From an uncultured delta proteobacterium (lineage in GTDB: Bacteria > Desulfobacterota > RBG-13-43-22), in contig CAVUPH010000028.1 of the NCBI GenBank assembly GCA_963743305.1, forward strand, positions 1 to 64,000: DNA of 64,000 nt, given 5' to 3'. The position numbers and the translations under genes are program-made. Positions 22,955 through 32,838 of this stretch are shown here, in pieces. How positions within the stretch are numbered: position 1 is the stretch's first letter; the number at the start of each line of letters is the position of its first letter. A model generated the notes under the pieces. It was not told the DNA's origin. It saw only the letters and a program-made list of their open reading frames with translations, and searched no databases.

Positions 22955-23569
22955 TTACAGCGGTGACGGTGTTCCCATTCCCCGCCCCCGGGTATTTCCC
23001 AACATCCTTCGACAAGCTGAAATCAATTCATGGTATAATCCTCCAGGATCATATAGATTATAGGTCTTGAAGCGGACCAGACCGTCCACCATGGTAAAAA
23101 GGATCAAGGCCATTTTTCGAGCCGGCAGCGGCTCGATGGACCCGTCCTCCTGGCCCCGCCGGACGGCCTGCTCAAAAATATCCACGATGCGGTTATAGAT
23201 GGCTTCCAGGTGGTTCCGACAAATCGGATTGACGGCAGCCAGCTCATAGGGATAGCGGTGATGCAGAAGGTGAAACCGGTCATCCTTCATGCCGGCCAAA
23301 TACAGGTAATAGCTGACGGCCCCTTCCACCATGTCCAACCCCGACTCAAATTTTTTTTCCTGGAAGTATCGGTCATACCCGTTGATGATCTCGGTCTTCA
23401 GTCCCTCCAGGATGGCCAGGAAAAGACCTTCCTTGCTCTTGTAATGGTAAAAAATAGTCCCTTCAGCCACCTTGGTTATCTCGGAAATGTCTGAGATCGA
23501 GGTTTCTTTAAATCCCTTATCCGAAAAAAGCCGGCTGGCGGCCTGTAAAATGACTTCTTTCCTGGTCAT
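22955..23569 (-). CDS. TetR/AcrR family regulator
   Basis: ILQAASRLFSDKGF...VAEGTIFYHYKSKEGL. Confidence 0.92.
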   Translation of the reverse strand: MTRKEVILQAASRLFSDKGFKETSISDISEITKVAEGTIFYHYKSKEGLFLAILEGLKTEIINGYDRYFQEKKFESGLDMVEGAVSYYLYLAGMKDDRFHLLHHRYPYELAAVNPICRNHLEAIYNRIVDIFEQAVRRGQEDGSIEPLPARKMALILFTMVDGLVRFKTYNLYDPGGLYHELISACRRMLGNTRGRGMGTPSPL

Positions 23570-24147
23570 CGATTTCCCTCAAAACAAACTGAGCACTCAG
23601 TCATTTTTAAAATATTAAATTGTCTTTTTCTTGTCAAGAAAAAATTATTCAATTTGGGAGGGCCGCTGGGAATATAATTGAATACAAACAGCTCATCCAG
23701 AAAGGAGAGCATCAGTTTCCAGGAACGCTGGTCAGCGATTTTATCATAGGCCAGGGCCGGGATGCCCGCTTTATCGGCATCGGGATTGGTAAAGCTGTGC
23801 TTGGCTCCCCCGTAGGACATGAACTGCCAATCCGCTTCCCCAGTCCTTAGGTTATCCTGGTACGCCCAAATCTGCTCCTTGGTAGTCAAAGGATCATCCG
23901 CGCCGTGACAGACCAATACCTTGGCTTTGGCGTAATCATTAAGCCCCCACCATTCATGGACCACGAGGACCCCGGGGCGGGGCGTGGGATAGCTGTCCTC
24001 ATAGACCAGGTAACCGGTCAACACCGTGCTCCCCTGCTTATACTCCACTTTTTCAGCCTTCAAAGCGGCTTCACTCCGGAGGGATAAACAAAAAAATGAA
24101 ACCATCACCATTGCCAATGTTGTCGTCATTCTTCTTTTCACGATCAT
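23566..24147 (-). pseudogene. Dienelactone hydrolase family protein with an in-frame internal deletion
   Basis: VVHEWWGLNDYAK joins directly to AKVLVCHGADDP; the G-x-C-x-G nucleophile elbow is missing; YGGAKHSFTNP is retained. Confidence 0.7.
23588..23637 (-). promoter_or_regulatory. Sigma70-like promoter with a TetR-type operator
   Basis: Minus strand TTGACA-17 nt-TATTTT followed by the palindrome ACTGAG-TG-CTCAGT (23588-23601) just upstream of tetR. Confidence 0.65.
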
Positions 24148-26318
24148 TCCTCCAATTCAAAGTGCTTTTTTTTCAACAAGAATTCCCGATCCTCCGGCCA
24201 GCCCTGTTCCACCCCTTCCCGAAACCAGGCCAGGGCCGCCCGCCGACAGAGGGATTCGACCTGGGCGCCGGTCCAGCCGACGGTTTGCCCCAGCAGCCAA
24301 TCCATGGTCACTTCCGAGGAAAGGGGCTTCCCGGCGAGATGAATGGCCAGAATTTCTCTTCGCTCCGACTCTTCGGGAATGGCCAGGACGATATGAAGCT
24401 CAAAACGGCCGGGCCGAAGCAGCGAGGGGTCTATCACCTCCGGTTGGCTGGTGGCTCCGATGATAAATACCCCCTTCAATTTTTCGACCCCATCCATTTC
24501 GGTGAGAAGCTGGCTGACCATACGGCTGGTCACCCTGGAGCTCCCCCAGTCCAAACCCCTCTGGGCGGCGAAGGAATCAAGTTCATCGAAGAAGAGAATG
24601 CAGGGGGCCGTCAACCGGGCCTTGCGAAAAATTTCCCTTATTCGCTCTTCGCTTTCCCCCACAAACTTGCTGAGCAGTTCCGGACCCTTGACGGCGATGA
24701 AATTCAGACCGCTCTCCCGGGCCAGGGCTTGGACCAGCAGGGTTTTCCCGGTTCCGGAAGGCCCGGTGATCAGTATCCCTTTGGGCGGTTCGAGGCCCAG
24801 GGCCGCATACCGTTCCGGAAATTCCCAGGGCCATTGGAAGGCCTCTTTCAGGGCCTTTTTAGCCTCATGGCAGCCGCCCACCTGGTCCCAGCGCACCTGG
24901 GGCAACTCCACCTGCACCTCCCGGATGGCCGAGGGTTCCACCTCTTTGAAGGCCTCGTCAAAATCCACCGCCTCCACGGACAACCCCTCCAGAAACTCGG
25001 GGGTCACCGTATCCTGGCCCAAGTTTAAGCGGGGCTGGATCCTCCGCAGCACGCAGAGACCTGCTTCCTGGCAGAGGGACTTGAGGTCGGCGCCCACAAA
25101 GCCATGGGTTTTTTTGGCCCAGGCCTCCAGGTCGATATTCGAGGACAAGGGCATCTTCCGGCTGTGGATCTTCAGAATTTCCAGACGCCCTTTTTCGTTG
25201 GGCACTTCAATGGAGATCTCCCGGTCAAACCGGCCCGGCCGTCTCAAGGCCGAATCCAGGCTGTTGGGGATATTGGTCGCCCCCATGACCACCACCTGCC
25301 CCCGGGGTTCCAAGCCGTCCATCAGAGCCAATAACTGGGCTACGATCCGCTTTTCCACCTCGCCCTCCGTCTTTTCTCTTCGAGGAGCCAGAACGTCGAT
25401 TTCATCCAAAAAGATGATGGCCGGGGCATTTCCCTGGGCCTTTTCAAAAATGGAGCGGAGTTTTTCCTCGCTTTCCCCGTAATGACGCTGCATGATTTCG
25501 GGACCGTTGATGTGATAAAATTGCGCCTGGGTCTCCCGGGCCACGGCCCGGGCGATCAGGGTTTTTCCCGAACCGGGCGGGCCATGAAGCAGAATCCCCT
25601 TGGGGGCATCAATCCCCAGCCGGGAAAAGATCTGCGGGAAGCGCAGCGGCAGTTCCACTATCTCCCGGATCCGCTCGATCTCCTTCTCCAGTCCCCCGAT
25701 ATGTCTATAACTGATGGCGTTGTCCCTGCGCCCTTCCCCGGTTTCTTCCTCAAAAACCAGGGTAGTTTGTGGCTCGACTTGAACCGGGCCTTCCGGTTGG
25801 GTGGCCTGGACCCAAAAAACACCTTTTTTGTCCCCGCCCAGGGAAACCGGAATGCGGTTGCCGGCCAACAGGATAACCCCTTGAAGACGTTCTCTGAGGA
25901 TCGCCTGCCGTTCCTCCTTGATCAAGTGGTGCGTTTCGGGGATCAAAATGATTTCCCCGGCCGGAAGGGGGATGGCCTTTTGGACAATAACCTTGCTGAA
26001 AAGAAAGGTCCCGGCATTGCTGAGCGTCAACGGGTCCAGGTGAATAACGGCTTCCGAGCCGATAACGGGGGCCGAAGGACCCACCGGGACCACGGCCGAT
26101 TGGGTACCCTTCAGCAGCAGAAAATCGCCTTCCTGAACCTGGAGGTACTTCATGTTAGACGGAGAGATACGGACCTTGAAGGACTCCCCGTCTTCAAGTA
26201 AGGCCTTGACTACGTGAAGGGCCACCTGATGATGGCCGCAAGTTTGATCCCGGCAATCCTTACAAGTATGGTGGAAAGGATCGTTTACCTGGGTTTCATG
26301 GGGGCAGTGCTCGGACAT
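24144..26318 (-). CDS. CDC48/p97(VCP)-family double AAA+ ATPase
   Basis: GPPGSGKT / FLDEID and GPSGTGKT / FFDELD; two LRRPGRF-type motifs; N-domain. Confidence 0.92.
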   Translation of the reverse strand: MSEHCPHETQVNDPFHHTCKDCRDQTCGHHQVALHVVKALLEDGESFKVRISPSNMKYLQVQEGDFLLLKGTQSAVVPVGPSAPVIGSEAVIHLDPLTLSNAGTFLFSKVIVQKAIPLPAGEIILIPETHHLIKEERQAILRERLQGVILLAGNRIPVSLGGDKKGVFWVQATQPEGPVQVEPQTTLVFEEETGEGRRDNAISYRHIGGLEKEIERIREIVELPLRFPQIFSRLGIDAPKGILLHGPPGSGKTLIARAVARETQAQFYHINGPEIMQRHYGESEEKLRSIFEKAQGNAPAIIFLDEIDVLAPRREKTEGEVEKRIVAQLLALMDGLEPRGQVVVMGATNIPNSLDSALRRPGRFDREISIEVPNEKGRLEILKIHSRKMPLSSNIDLEAWAKKTHGFVGADLKSLCQEAGLCVLRRIQPRLNLGQDTVTPEFLEGLSVEAVDFDEAFKEVEPSAIREVQVELPQVRWDQVGGCHEAKKALKEAFQWPWEFPERYAALGLEPPKGILITGPSGTGKTLLVQALARESGLNFIAVKGPELLSKFVGESEERIREIFRKARLTAPCILFFDELDSFAAQRGLDWGSSRVTSRMVSQLLTEMDGVEKLKGVFIIGATSQPEVIDPSLLRPGRFELHIVLAIPEESERREILAIHLAGKPLSSEVTMDWLLGQTVGWTGAQVESLCRRAALAWFREGVEQGWPEDREFLLKKKHFELEE

Positions 26319-26748
26319 AACCGGTTCTCCCATTACTATGAAAATAGAAACGAATATCGAATGACGACGTATTTTTTCATCCCAAGAGGAGGGATCCGGT
26401 CAAGTCTCCCGCCTGACAGGAGGGGTCGGGGGTCGCGGGCCCTATAGAAAACGACGACTTGGAATCTTTTCATGCTTCGCGAATGCCCGCCCCCAGCCCG
26501 CATGTTTTAGGTAAAATAAGTCATTTTGGACATAATGCAATAGTGCCCTAGTGCACCTTATCCCCGGGTCCCGAATTAGAAAAGTAACCATTCAACATTC
26601 GATCTAAACTTTTTTCTTTACTGGCCCCACGAATTGATATATTCTTAAATGAGGAAATAGTAGTCCCTACCTCCCTCGCATTTAATCCTGATGCTGTTCG
26701 GAAAATCCGGGCAAGGCGATTCATCTTCAGTGAAAAGGACAAAACCTC

Positions 26749-28266
26749 TTGAAAATACTTTTAATTTACCCCAAGTACCCTGAAACCTTCTGGGGCTTCA
26801 AATACGCCCTTAAGTTCATCTCCAAAAAAGCCGCCTTCCCCCCCCTGGGCCTGTTGACCGTGGCGGCCCTACTACCGGAAGCCTGGGAAAAACGTCTGAT
26901 TGATCTGAACGTGCGCAATCTGAAGGATGAAGACCTGAAGGGCGTGGACCTGGTCTTCATCGGGGCCATGTTTATTCAGAAGGACAGCGTAGAGGAGATC
27001 ATCCACAGGTGTAAAGCCCAAGGGGTCAAGATCGTAGCCGGTGGCCCCTTGTTTACCATGAGCGAGGAAAGCGAACTGGACCGGCGGATCGACTACTTCG
27101 TCTTGGACGAGGGAGAAATCACGGTCCCGCTATTCCTGGCCGATCTGGAAAAGGGAAATCCCCGCAGGGTCTATACCTCTCCGGAGCGGCCCGATGTTAA
27201 AAAGACCCCCCGGCCCCTCTGGGATCTGATCTCCTTCAAACACTACGCCACCATGTCGATTCAGTATTCCCGGGGTTGTCCCTTTAACTGCGATTTTTGC
27301 GACATCATCATCCTGAACGGCCGGGTTCCGCGCAGCAAGGGAAGCGACCAGGTCCTGGGGGAACTGGATGCCCTTTACGATCGGGGTTGGCGGGGCGGAG
27401 TTTTTATCGTGGACGACAATTTTATCGGCAACAAGCAGAAAGTGAAGCGGCTCCTCCCCGACCTGATGCAATGGAGTCGGGAGCGCAAGTATCCCTTTCA
27501 TTTTATTACCGAAGCCTCGCTAAATCTGGCGGACGATGACGAACTGATGAAGATGATGGCTGATGCCAACTTTTCCCAAGTCTTTCTAGGCATCGAGACT
27601 CCTAATGAAGGAAGCCTGACGGAATGCAACAAAATCCAAAATTCCGAGCGCGATATGGCGGACTCCATCCGGAAGATCCAGCAGGCCGGGCTGGAGGTCA
27701 TGGGAGGCTTCATCGTGGGGTTCGACAACGATCCCCCCTCCATCTTTGAGCAGCAAATCCGTTTTATCCAGCGGGTCGGGGTGGTGACCGCCATGGTGGG
27801 CTTGCTGCACGCCGTTCCGCGGACCCCCTTGTATCAGCGCCTCAAGCAGCAGGGCCGGATCCTCATGAACAGCACCGGGAACAACACGGACGGCACCCTG
27901 AATTTCATCCCCAAGATGGACACCCAATTGCTGGTGGAGGGTTACCGAGAAATCATCAACACCATCTATGCTCCGAAGCAATACTACGAACGGGTCCGGA
28001 CCTTCCTCAAAGGTTACCAGCCCAGGTTGAAGGGTCGCCGCCTCACCTTAAGGGATACCCGGGCCTTCGTGAAATCCATTTTCATCCTGGGTATTTTTGC
28101 CAAGGAGCGGAGTTACTACTGGAAACTCCTGACCGCCACCTTGTTCAAAAACAGAAAAGCGCTTCCTCAGGCTCTCACCTGCATCATCTTTGGTTATCAT
28201 TTCCGCCGGGTCTTAAAACACCTGAGCCTTGCACCCCGGAAAGGGGTCGCCCCGGAGGCCTCTTGA
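26749..28266 (+). CDS. B12-binding radical SAM protein (DUF4070-like C-terminus)
   Basis: PPLGLLTVAA, SRGCPFNCDFC, VDDNFIGN, GFIVGFDND. Confidence 0.92.
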   Translation: MKILLIYPKYPETFWGFKYALKFISKKAAFPPLGLLTVAALLPEAWEKRLIDLNVRNLKDEDLKGVDLVFIGAMFIQKDSVEEIIHRCKAQGVKIVAGGPLFTMSEESELDRRIDYFVLDEGEITVPLFLADLEKGNPRRVYTSPERPDVKKTPRPLWDLISFKHYATMSIQYSRGCPFNCDFCDIIILNGRVPRSKGSDQVLGELDALYDRGWRGGVFIVDDNFIGNKQKVKRLLPDLMQWSRERKYPFHFITEASLNLADDDELMKMMADANFSQVFLGIETPNEGSLTECNKIQNSERDMADSIRKIQQAGLEVMGGFIVGFDNDPPSIFEQQIRFIQRVGVVTAMVGLLHAVPRTPLYQRLKQQGRILMNSTGNNTDGTLNFIPKMDTQLLVEGYREIINTIYAPKQYYERVRTFLKGYQPRLKGRRLTLRDTRAFVKSIFILGIFAKERSYYWKLLTATLFKNRKALPQALTCIIFGYHFRRVLKHLSLAPRKGVAPEAS

Positions 28267-28272
28267 TCAAGT

Positions 28273-29391
28273 TCATGAACAGCAAATCTTCTCCAACGGC
28301 GCGCAGGCATAGCCCAGGTCGCCGGCCACATTGGCGCAGGTGACCTGGCCCCGGTATACGTTCACCCCTTTGGCCAGGGCCGGGTCATCGGCCACGGCCT
28401 TGGCGATCCCCTTATTAGCCAGGGCCTGGGCATAGGGCAGGGTGACGTTGGTCAGGGCAAAGGTGGAGGTGCGGGCCACGGCGGCCGGCATGTTGGTCAC
28501 GCCATAGTGGATCACTCCGTCCACTAAATAAATCGGCTCGGCGTGGGTCGTGGGCCGGGTGGTTTCGCAGCAACCGCCCTGATCCACCGAGACGTCCACC
28601 ACCACGGTACCCGGTTTCATCGAAGCGATCATCTCCCGGGTGACCAACTTGGGCGCCCGGGCCCCGGGGATCAGCACCGCCCCGATAACCAGATGGGCGT
28701 CCTTCACCGCTTGGGCGATGTTGTCGTGATTGGACATGAGGGTATTGATCCGGGTCCCGAAGATGTCGTCCAGATAGGCCAGGCGCTGAGCATTGTTGTC
28801 CACGATGGTTACGTAGGCCCCCATCCCCACGGCGATCTTGGCCGCGCTGGCGCCCACTGTTCCGGCGCCGATAATCGCCACCTTGCCCCGGGCCACGCCG
28901 GGTACGCCTCCCAGCAGGACTCCCCGACCGCCGAATCCCTTTTCCAGATAGTGGGCCCCCACCTGAACGGCCATACGTCCGGCCACCACACTCATGGGAG
29001 TCAACAGGGGCAGCGAGCCGTCTAAAAGTTGAATGGTTTCATAGGCCACCCCGATAACCCCCCGCTGCAGCAGGTCCCGGGTCAATTCGGGCCCCGGCGC
29101 CAGATGCAGGTAGGCGAAGAGGATCTGACCTTCCTGGAGCAAAGGGATTTCCGCGGGCAGGGGCTCTTTGACCTTCATGACCATCTCGGCCCGGCCGTAA
29201 ACGGCTTCAGCGTCGGGGACGATCATTGCCCCGGCCTCGGTGAATTCCTCGTCCAGGATGCCGCTCCCTTCCCCCGCGCCGGCCTGGATCCATACCTGAT
29301 GTCCGTCCTTGGCCAGGGCCCGCACCCCGGCCGGTACCACGCCCACACGATATTCGTGATTTTTTATTTCCTTGGGTATCCCGATAAGCAT
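28273..29391 (-). CDS. ald: Alanine dehydrogenase
   Basis: [39 protein letters not shown]. Confidence 0.96.
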   Translation of the reverse strand: MLIGIPKEIKNHEYRVGVVPAGVRALAKDGHQVWIQAGAGEGSGILDEEFTEAGAMIVPDAEAVYGRAEMVMKVKEPLPAEIPLLQEGQILFAYLHLAPGPELTRDLLQRGVIGVAYETIQLLDGSLPLLTPMSVVAGRMAVQVGAHYLEKGFGGRGVLLGGVPGVARGKVAIIGAGTVGASAAKIAVGMGAYVTIVDNNAQRLAYLDDIFGTRINTLMSNHDNIAQAVKDAHLVIGAVLIPGARAPKLVTREMIASMKPGTVVVDVSVDQGGCCETTRPTTHAEPIYLVDGVIHYGVTNMPAAVARTSTFALTNVTLPYAQALANKGIAKAVADDPALAKGVNVYRGQVTCANVAGDLGYACAPLEKICCS

Positions 29392-29499
29392 GAAAACCTC
29401 CTTGTAAATTTTGAGATTCGATCATCTCATTCTGTGCAGGATTTCGATAGTTGAAGATTGCACAACGTCCTTCGCGCTCTGCGCCCAGCGCTCAGCGCT

Positions 29500-31515
29500 T
29501 CAGATCTTCAGCCCGATTTCCAAACCTTCCCGCACGGCCTCCAGGGCCTTCCGGGGCTTCCGGGCATCACCGATCAGGTAAATCTCCTCCACCTTGTCCT
29601 TGAACTCTTCATAAAGATCGTCCACCGGTTCCACCCCCAGGGCCAGCACCACCGTGCGGGCCGGCAGACTGCCGGTTTCCCCCTCCTTTTCAAAAAAGAC
29701 GCTTTCCGGGGTGATCTCCACGGCCCTGGAGGATAACTGGCTTCGGATCCCCCGACGGTGGATATCCTGGAGGATCGACCACCGGGTTGAGGCCCCGATA
29801 TCGCGGCCGATCTTGGCCATCATTTCCAGGATAGTGATCTCCTGAATTCCCCGGGTAACCAGCGGATACAAAACCTCCGGAGACTCGGCCTGGTTTTCAA
29901 ACAGAAAATATAGAGTTTCGGGGGGAATCGTCCCGATACGGGCCAACAACAGGGCTGTTTCGCAGCCCACCGCCCCGCCGCCGATAATCACCACCGGGCT
30001 GACCGTGTCCACTAGACCGGAGAGGACCTCCCAGGACTGGACCACGTGGGGCAGGTTGATACCGGGAATATCGGGGAGGATCGGTCTGGCCCCGGTGGCT
30101 ACCACCACCGCATCCGGGGAAACCGCTTCCAGCAAAGGCAGGGTCACCTCCTGGCCCAAATTCACCTCCACGTCAAAAAGACCAAGTTGATAGGAAAGAT
30201 CCCGACCCAGGGCAGCCATTTCCTGCCTGCCCGGAGGGACAGCGGCTAAAGGCAACTGCCCGCCCAGTTCGGGGTTGCGGTCGTAAAGCAACACCTGATG
30301 CCCCCGCCGGGCAGCCGTCACGGCGGCCATCATTCCGGCCGGACCGCCGCCGATCACCAGGACCTTTTTCTTTTTCTCCGCCCGGGAGATCGGAAATTCC
30401 TTTTCCCTCCCGGTCCGGGGATTGACCAGACAGGTGACCGGGCTGAGTTTAAACACTTCGTCGAAGCAGCCCTGGTTGCAGGCGATGCAATGCTGGATGT
30501 CCTGAAGATGTCCCCCCCTGGCTTTGTTGGGCAGATCGGGGTCGGCGATCAGGGCCCGGGCCATCCCGATCAGGTCCGCCTGTCCCTGACGTAATATACG
30601 GTCGGCCAAGAAAGGATCGTTCACCCGGTTGCAGGCCACCACCGGGACTTTGACTTTTTCGCGGACCCCCCGGGCCAGGTAGGTGAAGGCCCCCTGGGGA
30701 ACCATCATGGTGAGTTGGGGCACCCGCGTTTCGTGCCAGCCGCCGGTGACGTTGATGGCATCGGCCCCGGCGGACTCCAGGACCTGGGCGAATTGGGCGG
30801 CCTCTGTATTGGTGTTGCCGCCGGGCATGAAATCATTCCCGGCGACGCGAACCATGATCGGGAAATCCGGTCCCACTGCTTGCCGAATCTTTTCCACCAC
30901 TTCCCGGCCGAAGCGCACCCGATTCTCCCAGGGGCCGCCATAATCGTCTTCCCGCTTATTGGTGAGGGGGGATAGAAACTGGCTGATCAAATAACCGGCG
31001 CTGCCCAGCACCTCGACCCCGTCCAACCCGGCCTCCTTGGCCCGCAAGGCGGCCTGGACAAAGCGCTGCTGGACCGTTTCGATCTCCCCTGGATCCATGG
31101 CCTTGGGCGTCTCTCCAGTGAGCTTGCTGCGAATGGCCGAAGGCGCCAACGGGGTTCGTCCGCCGATCAGAAAAGAATAGGCGTACCGCCCGGCCTGGTA
31201 CAGTTGAGCGAATAAGCGGGCGCCTTCCGCCTGAACCGCCAGAGCCAGGTTAGACAGCCCTTCGATAAACCGATCTTCGTGGATGGCGATCATCTCCGAC
31301 ATGCCGCCGTATTCGTCCACCGTGCAGCCGCCGACGACAATCAACCCGACTCCGCCCTTGGCTCGCTCCCGATAAAATTCGATCAGCCGGTCCGATACGA
31401 GACCTCCGGGGGTATACCCCAGGTGCATGGCCGGAAGGATGATACGGTTTTTGATTGGCAACTGATTGATCTTAATTGGAACAAATAACTTCTTAATCGG
31501 GTTTCCGAAGGACAT
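29500..31515 (-). CDS. fadH: NADH:flavin oxidoreductase / 2,4-dienoyl-CoA reductase-like Fe-S flavoenzyme
   Basis: OYE barrel (GYLISQFLSPLTNKREDDYGG), CIACNQGC, GGGPAG and GGGAVG Rossmann motifs. Confidence 0.85.
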   Translation of the reverse strand: MSFGNPIKKLFVPIKINQLPIKNRIILPAMHLGYTPGGLVSDRLIEFYRERAKGGVGLIVVGGCTVDEYGGMSEMIAIHEDRFIEGLSNLALAVQAEGARLFAQLYQAGRYAYSFLIGGRTPLAPSAIRSKLTGETPKAMDPGEIETVQQRFVQAALRAKEAGLDGVEVLGSAGYLISQFLSPLTNKREDDYGGPWENRVRFGREVVEKIRQAVGPDFPIMVRVAGNDFMPGGNTNTEAAQFAQVLESAGADAINVTGGWHETRVPQLTMMVPQGAFTYLARGVREKVKVPVVACNRVNDPFLADRILRQGQADLIGMARALIADPDLPNKARGGHLQDIQHCIACNQGCFDEVFKLSPVTCLVNPRTGREKEFPISRAEKKKKVLVIGGGPAGMMAAVTAARRGHQVLLYDRNPELGGQLPLAAVPPGRQEMAALGRDLSYQLGLFDVEVNLGQEVTLPLLEAVSPDAVVVATGARPILPDIPGINLPHVVQSWEVLSGLVDTVSPVVIIGGGAVGCETALLLARIGTIPPETLYFLFENQAESPEVLYPLVTRGIQEITILEMMAKIGRDIGASTRWSILQDIHRRGIRSQLSSRAVEITPESVFFEKEGETGSLPARTVVLALGVEPVDDLYEEFKDKVEEIYLIGDARKPRKALEAVREGLEIGLKI

Positions 31516-31653
31516 CGGGATTACTCCTTTCGCGATTAGAAAACCATTTGGAATTACTCTATTTTGATATAACATCCCCATTGGAGACTGTCAAAAGGAT
31601 TGAAAGACTCCCCCTCCTTAAATCCAGGTAATCTCCCGGATCAGTATAAAAAA

Positions 31654-31719
31654 GGTTGTTTTGCCCTTTTGGGTGGGTGGCCAGGCGATAGGGATACCCG
31701 CCCGGGAGGGCGAAGCGTC
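31654..31719 (+). repeat. Nested palindromic element, short copy
   Basis: ggttgttttgcccttttgggtgggtggcca...tacccgcccgggagggcgaagcgtc matches both ends of 58622-58950. Confidence 0.8.
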
Positions 31720-31890
31720 CAAAAAAATTTACTCCCAGCAAAATATTTCCCTTCGGATCTCATTTTAATTGATACTTATTATTAGTTATCAATATCCATA
31801 CTTCTTGAAGCCTCCCCTTCCAGTTACCTTTTAGTAACCTTCCTTGTGATACCCTGCGCTAAATGATCTGAAAGGGAAAAGGGCCACGCT

Positions 31891-32838
31891 ATGTTTGACC
31901 GGGAGACGACTGAAGGGAACGGAGCATCAACAAAAAATAATCATTCGGATTGCCTGCCGAAAGACTTCCCGGTGCCAGGAATTTCGGGATCCCGACCTGA
32001 CAGGCAGGGCCAGCCCCCTTTTGAAGGTCCCCGGTTTAAGAAAATGAAAAATATTTCAACCGGGATAAGTCTGGACCAGATTAAAATCTACCCTTTATAT
32101 GAGTTATTCGATATGCATAACGAATTGATGCTCCTTCATCGAATCGGAGAAGTCCTGCCCCCCAAAAAGAATGGAGAAGCCTCTCTGCTGGACATGAAAA
32201 TTGAAATGGTCCGCCACCTCTTGATATTTTGTTCCCTATGTAAAAGACTTTGTTGGATTAATCGCATTAGAGGGGAAAGAGGATTATGCCGGATGGGTTT
32301 AAACCCGAGAGTTATTGATCTCTCTTTATCCGGCCCCGAAAGGACCATTTTGGAAATCACCCTGGCCGGGTCCGGAATGCGCTGTAGTTTCTGCCTGAAA
32401 GAATCAGCCCCCGAACGGAGAAGGAGCTCCGGCATCCTGTTGGATCATCATTTATGGACCCGATTGGATTTTAGGGAAGCGCGTTTCCTTTCTTTCAACG
32501 GCGGAAATCCTGAAAATTCGTTATTGGCCATCCTTGAAGTTCTGAATACCGCTCCGGCAAACTGGGAAATCCCCATCCTTTGGAACAGCCATAGTCATAC
32601 CACTCCTCCGGTTTTATCCCTTTTAGAGGGCATCGTGGACGCCTTTAGACTTGATTATTATTTTACCTGCGCCGTTTGCGGAAGGATCAGTTCTTTCCCT
32701 GCGCAATTCCCCGAGACGGCCGGAATGGTCAGGACCTTGGCCCGGGAACAAAAGGTTCCGCTTTATCCGGAAATAGGTATCCAAGGCCCGCAACCAACCC
32801 CTGCAAAAGGGGCACCCTCCGCCCCGGCCTATTTCTGA
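31891..32838 (+). CDS. Degenerate PflX-like radical SAM homologue
   Basis: CSLCKRLCWINRIRGERGLC N-terminal motif; the SAM cluster motif reads SGMRCSFC; GGNP, PILWNS. Confidence 0.65.
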   Translation: MFDRETTEGNGASTKNNHSDCLPKDFPVPGISGSRPDRQGQPPFEGPRFKKMKNISTGISLDQIKIYPLYELFDMHNELMLLHRIGEVLPPKKNGEASLLDMKIEMVRHLLIFCSLCKRLCWINRIRGERGLCRMGLNPRVIDLSLSGPERTILEITLAGSGMRCSFCLKESAPERRRSSGILLDHHLWTRLDFREARFLSFNGGNPENSLLAILEVLNTAPANWEIPILWNSHSHTTPPVLSLLEGIVDAFRLDYYFTCAVCGRISSFPAQFPETAGMVRTLAREQKVPLYPEIGIQGPQPTPAKGAPSAPAYF

